A stretch of 64,000 bases of DNA from Bacillota bacterium (GTDB lineage: Bacteria; Bacillota; DTU025). The DNA is taken from NCBI GenBank assembly GCA_050951805.1, contig JBMNJT010000002.1, forward strand, positions 704,001-768,000, read 5' to 3'. The position numbers and the translations under genes were made by a program. The notes beneath the pieces are model-generated. The model saw nothing but the letters and a program-made list of their open reading frames with translations. It was not told the DNA's origin and did no database searches. This document shows positions 60,832 through 64,000 of this stretch, piece by piece (position 1 is the first letter of the stretch; each line of letters begins with the position of its first letter).

Positions 60832-62491
60832 GTCAAGAAGAATAGACAGGGACGCTATCGAGCTGTACAAAATAGATGGAATAGTTCTAATGGAGAATGC
60901 CGGAGCCGCTGTAGCAAGGGTAGCAGTTGAGATCGGAGCCGAGCGTAGTGGCTGGAGTGCCGGAAGGCCCTCTGTCTGCATATTTGCGGGAAAGGGTAAC
61001 AATGGCGGCGATGGCTTCGTTGCGGCGAGGCATCTTGTGGGCTGTGGTGTGGACGTCTCAGTCTACGTAACCGGATCTTTGGACGGCATATCAGGAGATG
61101 CCCGCACAAACCTGGACATACTTAGGAATATGGGAGTTGACGTTGTTGGGCTCACTTGCGAAGAAGCTTGGTCGGCGGCGGCGGATGATCTTGCTGTAGC
61201 CGATGTAGCAATCGACGCCATACTTGGGACTGGCGCTAAGGGCGCGCCTTGCGGGGAGCCTGCGCGGGCCATATCAATGATGAGCAAGTCGCCTGTGCCT
61301 ATCGTGGCGGTGGATGTTCCAAGTGGCGTAGATGCGGGGAGCGGAGCTGTTGCCGGGGCTTGCGTAACGGCTCACACAACTGTGACATTTGGGTTGCCCA
61401 AGACGGGGTTGTTGATGTACCCAGGAGCGGCACACGTAGGTTATCTATTGGTGGACAGAATCGGATTGCCGCCTGCGTTGACAGATTCGCCCAAAATCAA
61501 GACGTGCATAGTTTGCCCTGACGATGTGAGTGCAGCTTTGCCGCAGCGGAGGCCTGATGCTCATAAAGGCGACTGCGGACGTGTTCTGGTGGTGGCGGGT
61601 TCCCGGGGAATGGTTGGCGCTGCGGCGCTAGCTTCAATGGCGGCTCTTCGCGCCGGAGCGGGTTTGGTTTACCTGGCTGCTCCGGAAGGCGTGGCAGCTC
61701 AGGCGTGTGCAGGGCTCACGGAAGTTATTGTGAGGCCTCTGCCTGAAACGAGTTCGGGATCGATTGCCGGAATTGCTGTGGACAGAGTCTTGGACGAGGC
61801 TGCCAAGTGCGATGCTGTAGTGGTCGGCCCGGGGCTCACTTGCTCTGACGACTCGAGGCTGATCGTGGAGGCTCTGATAGCAGAGGGCCAAACGCCCATG
61901 GTGATTGACGCAGATGCGCTCAATCTGCTTTCAGGTCGGGTTGACACGCTTCAGCGGGCGTCGGCACCTGTCGTGCTTACGCCTCACCCCGGCGAGATGA
62001 GCCGACTCGTGGAGGCAGGGGTTGAAGAGATAAATGCGGACAGGCTGGAGTGGGCTCGGCGCGTTGCCCATCGTTCAGGGGCGGTAGTCGCACTCAAGGG
62101 CGCCCGGACTGTGACGGCGACTCCGGACGGGATTGCCTACCTGAACCTTACGGGCAATTCCGGCATGGCAACGGCTGGCTCAGGAGATGTGCTGGCAGGA
62201 GTTATTGGATCATTGATGGCGCAGGGGGTCCCTCCGCAGTGGGCAGCTGTGTCCGGCGTGTATTTGCACGGTTTGGCCGGGGATTATGCTGCGCGTGAAG
62301 TTGGATTACATGGAATGGTAGCGGGTGACATATTGCTTCGTATCCCCAAGGCATATCATGATATCGTTGAGGAATCTGCCGGGCTGTGGGACATGATGTC
62401 AGTAAGGAGCGCCCAATACAAGAAAGAGGTGGTGAATCCTGCTGCAAGGGGTTTATCAGCCCGGAATGAGGCCAACGTGGGTAGAAGTTAA
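60809..62491 (+). CDS. nnr: Bifunctional NAD(P)H-hydrate epimerase/dehydratase (start uncertain: ACG 60809 or GTG 60800)
   Basis: LMENAG, GKGNNGGDG, DVPSG, HKGDCG, IDADAL, TPHPGEM, MATAGSGDVLAG. Confidence 0.94.
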   Translation, partial: TRVATPDESRRIDRDAIELYKIDGIVLMENAGAAVARVAVEIGAERSGWSAGRPSVCIFAGKGNNGGDGFVAARHLVGCGVDVSVYVTGSLDGISGDARTNLDILRNMGVDVVGLTCEEAWSAAADDLAVADVAIDAILGTGAKGAPCGEPARAISMMSKSPVPIVAVDVPSGVDAGSGAVAGACVTAHTTVTFGLPKTGLLMYPGAAHVGYLLVDRIGLPPALTDSPKIKTCIVCPDDVSAALPQRRPDAHKGDCGRVLVVAGSRGMVGAAALASMAALRAGAGLVYLAAPEGVAAQACAGLTEVIVRPLPETSSGSIAGIAVDRVLDEAAKCDAVVVGPGLTCSDDSRLIVEALIAEGQTPMVIDADALNLLSGRVDTLQRASAPVVLTPHPGEMSRLVEAGVEEINADRLEWARRVAHRSGAVVALKGARTVTATPDGIAYLNLTGNSGMATAGSGDVLAGVIGSLMAQGVPPQWAAVSGVYLHGLAGDYAAREVGLHGMVAGDILLRIPKAYHDIVEESAGLWDMMSVRSAQYKKEVVNPAARGLSARNEANVGRS

Positions 62492-63584
62492 TACAGGAAA
62501 CATTGCAAGGAACTTGAGACAAATCAAATCGACGTTACCCAAGGATACGCAGATACTGGCGGTGGTAAAGGCAGACGGATATGGGCATGGAGCTGCTCCA
62601 GTCGCCATCCGAGCGCTCGAGGAGGGAGTCTCCTTTTTGGGGGTGGCCCTGGTTGAAGAGGGAGTTGCGTTGCGCAGGGCAGGGATAGCTGCGCCCATCC
62701 TTTTCATGGAGGACTTGTTCCCTTGGCAGGCGCTTGACTTAGTAAGATACGGGTTGACTGCCACAATTGCGTCCTACGAGTCGGCGGAGATGCTTTCCGA
62801 GGCCGCAATGGCCCTGGGGAAGAAGGCCAAAGCACATGTGAAGGTCGATACCGGAATGGGGAGGCTTGGGCTTCCGCCGAACGAAATAGCCAACCTTGTG
62901 AGGCGTGTGGCAGAGTTGCCTGGGATCGAGATAGAGGGGATCTTTACGCACCTGGCTTGTGCCGAGTGTAACTCGGAGATGACGGGACGGCAACTTGAGC
63001 AGTTTGATGACATAACAGAGAAGTTGCGCAGAGAGGGACATGAGATACCCATTCGCCACGTTGCAAACAGCGCTGCGATGCTCTCTCTGCCGGAGGCGGC
63101 ATACGACATGGTGCGCGTAGGAGGCATCATGTATGGTCTTTCGCCGTTGGGAACCGTTGCTCCTGAAAAACCATGGGTGCCTGCGCTTTCTTTCCATACT
63201 AGGGTGTCATATGTCAAGCTGGTTGGCCCTGGCACACCGGTGAGCTACGGGGCGACGTATGTAACATCAGGTCGGGAGATCATTGCTACCTTGCCGGTAG
63301 GTTACGCAGATGGCTATCCGCGGGCCCTCTCCAACGTCGGAGAAGTGCTGATAGGCGGGGAACGATGCCCTGTGGTTGGCAGAGTATGTATGGATCAGAC
63401 CATGGTTTCGTTGCCCGCTGATTCGGACGTAAGGGTGGGTGACGAAGTGACGCTCATCGGGGCTCAAGGTGGGGATCGGATATTCGCCGAAGAGCTGGCG
63501 AAGGCTGCGGGAACTATTGGATACGAGATCGTTTGCGCGATAAGCAAGCGCGTGCCAAGAGTCTACGTGGCGGGCGATGAATAG
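62466..63584 (+). CDS. alr: Alanine racemase
   Basis: AVVKADGYGHG, KVDTGMGRLG, GYADGYPR, GRVCMDQ, TIGYE. Confidence 0.97.
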   Translation: MRPTWVEVNTGNIARNLRQIKSTLPKDTQILAVVKADGYGHGAAPVAIRALEEGVSFLGVALVEEGVALRRAGIAAPILFMEDLFPWQALDLVRYGLTATIASYESAEMLSEAAMALGKKAKAHVKVDTGMGRLGLPPNEIANLVRRVAELPGIEIEGIFTHLACAECNSEMTGRQLEQFDDITEKLRREGHEIPIRHVANSAAMLSLPEAAYDMVRVGGIMYGLSPLGTVAPEKPWVPALSFHTRVSYVKLVGPGTPVSYGATYVTSGREIIATLPVGYADGYPRALSNVGEVLIGGERCPVVGRVCMDQTMVSLPADSDVRVGDEVTLIGAQGGDRIFAEELAKAAGTIGYEIVCAISKRVPRVYVAGDE

Positions 63585-63738
63585 GAGCCTAGATAAGAGC
63601 ATTGCGCTGGGACGGGCAGAATGCGGGCTCATTTGCTGAGCTTGCGGGCGGCAGGCATATGTTGGGCATGGACCCTTGTTTGGATCTATCCCCAGCCAGA
63701 AGGGGTAATCGAAGGCTTCTTTCCATCTGTTCCTTGGG

Positions 63739-63768
63739 TTGACAGTGAAATGTGCACGAATATATAAT
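63739..63768 (+). promoter_or_regulatory. Sigma-A promoter for the RHH antitoxin gene
   Basis: TTGACA-N18-TATAAT; an inverted repeat TATGT-GA-ACATA at 63776-63787 just downstream may be an auto-operator. Confidence 0.7.
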
Positions 63769-63822
63769 TGGCTTGTATGTGAACATATATCAGGAAGCAC
63801 AACTCGGGTGGGGGTGTAGGCC

Positions 63823-64000
63823 ATGACACTTCTTAGAAAGATAGTGGTAAGCATGCCGGCCGGGCTTCTGGAAGAACTGGATGTGTGTGCTAGGCAGTCA
63901 GGCCGCAACCGCAGCGAAGTTGTGCGCGAGGCAATGAGATCGTACCTGTCCCAGCATGCCCGTTCCGACCTGCGTGAGAAGCTGAAACATGGATATATTG
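63823..64000 (+). CDS. CopG/ribbon-helix-helix antitoxin (NdoAI/MazE-type), 5' part only
   Basis: Read directly: MTLLRKIVVSMPAGLLEELD......NRSEVVREAMRSYL......EKLKHGY; follows alr as in the Firmicute alr-ndoAI-ndoA arrangement. Confidence 0.85.
   Translation, partial: MTLLRKIVVSMPAGLLEELDVCARQSGRNRSEVVREAMRSYLSQHARSDLREKLKHGYI

Overview
A GC-rich (roughly 55-60% by eye) core-genome window in which every gene I can support lies on the + strand. The gene content points to a diderm Firmicute (inference; Limnochordia/Halanaerobiales/Negativicutes-like). The left ~14.6 kb is an outer-membrane cluster: an OstA/LptA-like 3' end, an unusual ABC permease plus ATPase, lpxB-like, lptB, DUF3084, a giant SLH-stalk-barrel OmpM-like protein, a YqgF-like nuclease and a second SLH-barrel protein. 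A complete ISLre2-family element with 9-bp direct repeats follows. The rest is the typical Firmicute backbone: metK, recD2, comFA/comFC, a Ca2+ ATPase, hpf, secA, prfB (frameshifted), a DUF2993-DUF5693-csaB/tagA locus, split transketolase, ftsEX-M23-S41-PDZ, uvrBAC, ogt, a DUF2089/Yvl/PspC stress operon, cdaA-cdaR-glmM, acpS-nnr-alr and a ndoAI-type antitoxin (partial). Most notable: (1) an ABC permease with type-VII-like topology, a ~600-aa periplasmic region with a long helical segment and a C-terminal EAA motif, embedded among lpt/lpx genes; (2) an OmpM-like protein whose stalk carries 11 strictly phased 37-aa (111-bp) repeats; (3) a ~210-nt ORF-less group II intron remnant just after a terminator hairpin; (4) a consensus promoter with a perfect 14-bp palindrome ahead of the DUF2089 operon; (5) recurring sigma-H-like promoters before envelope genes; (6) candidate non-canonical start codons and a frameshift-split gene. 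All family calls come from reading motifs by eye; no database search was run.
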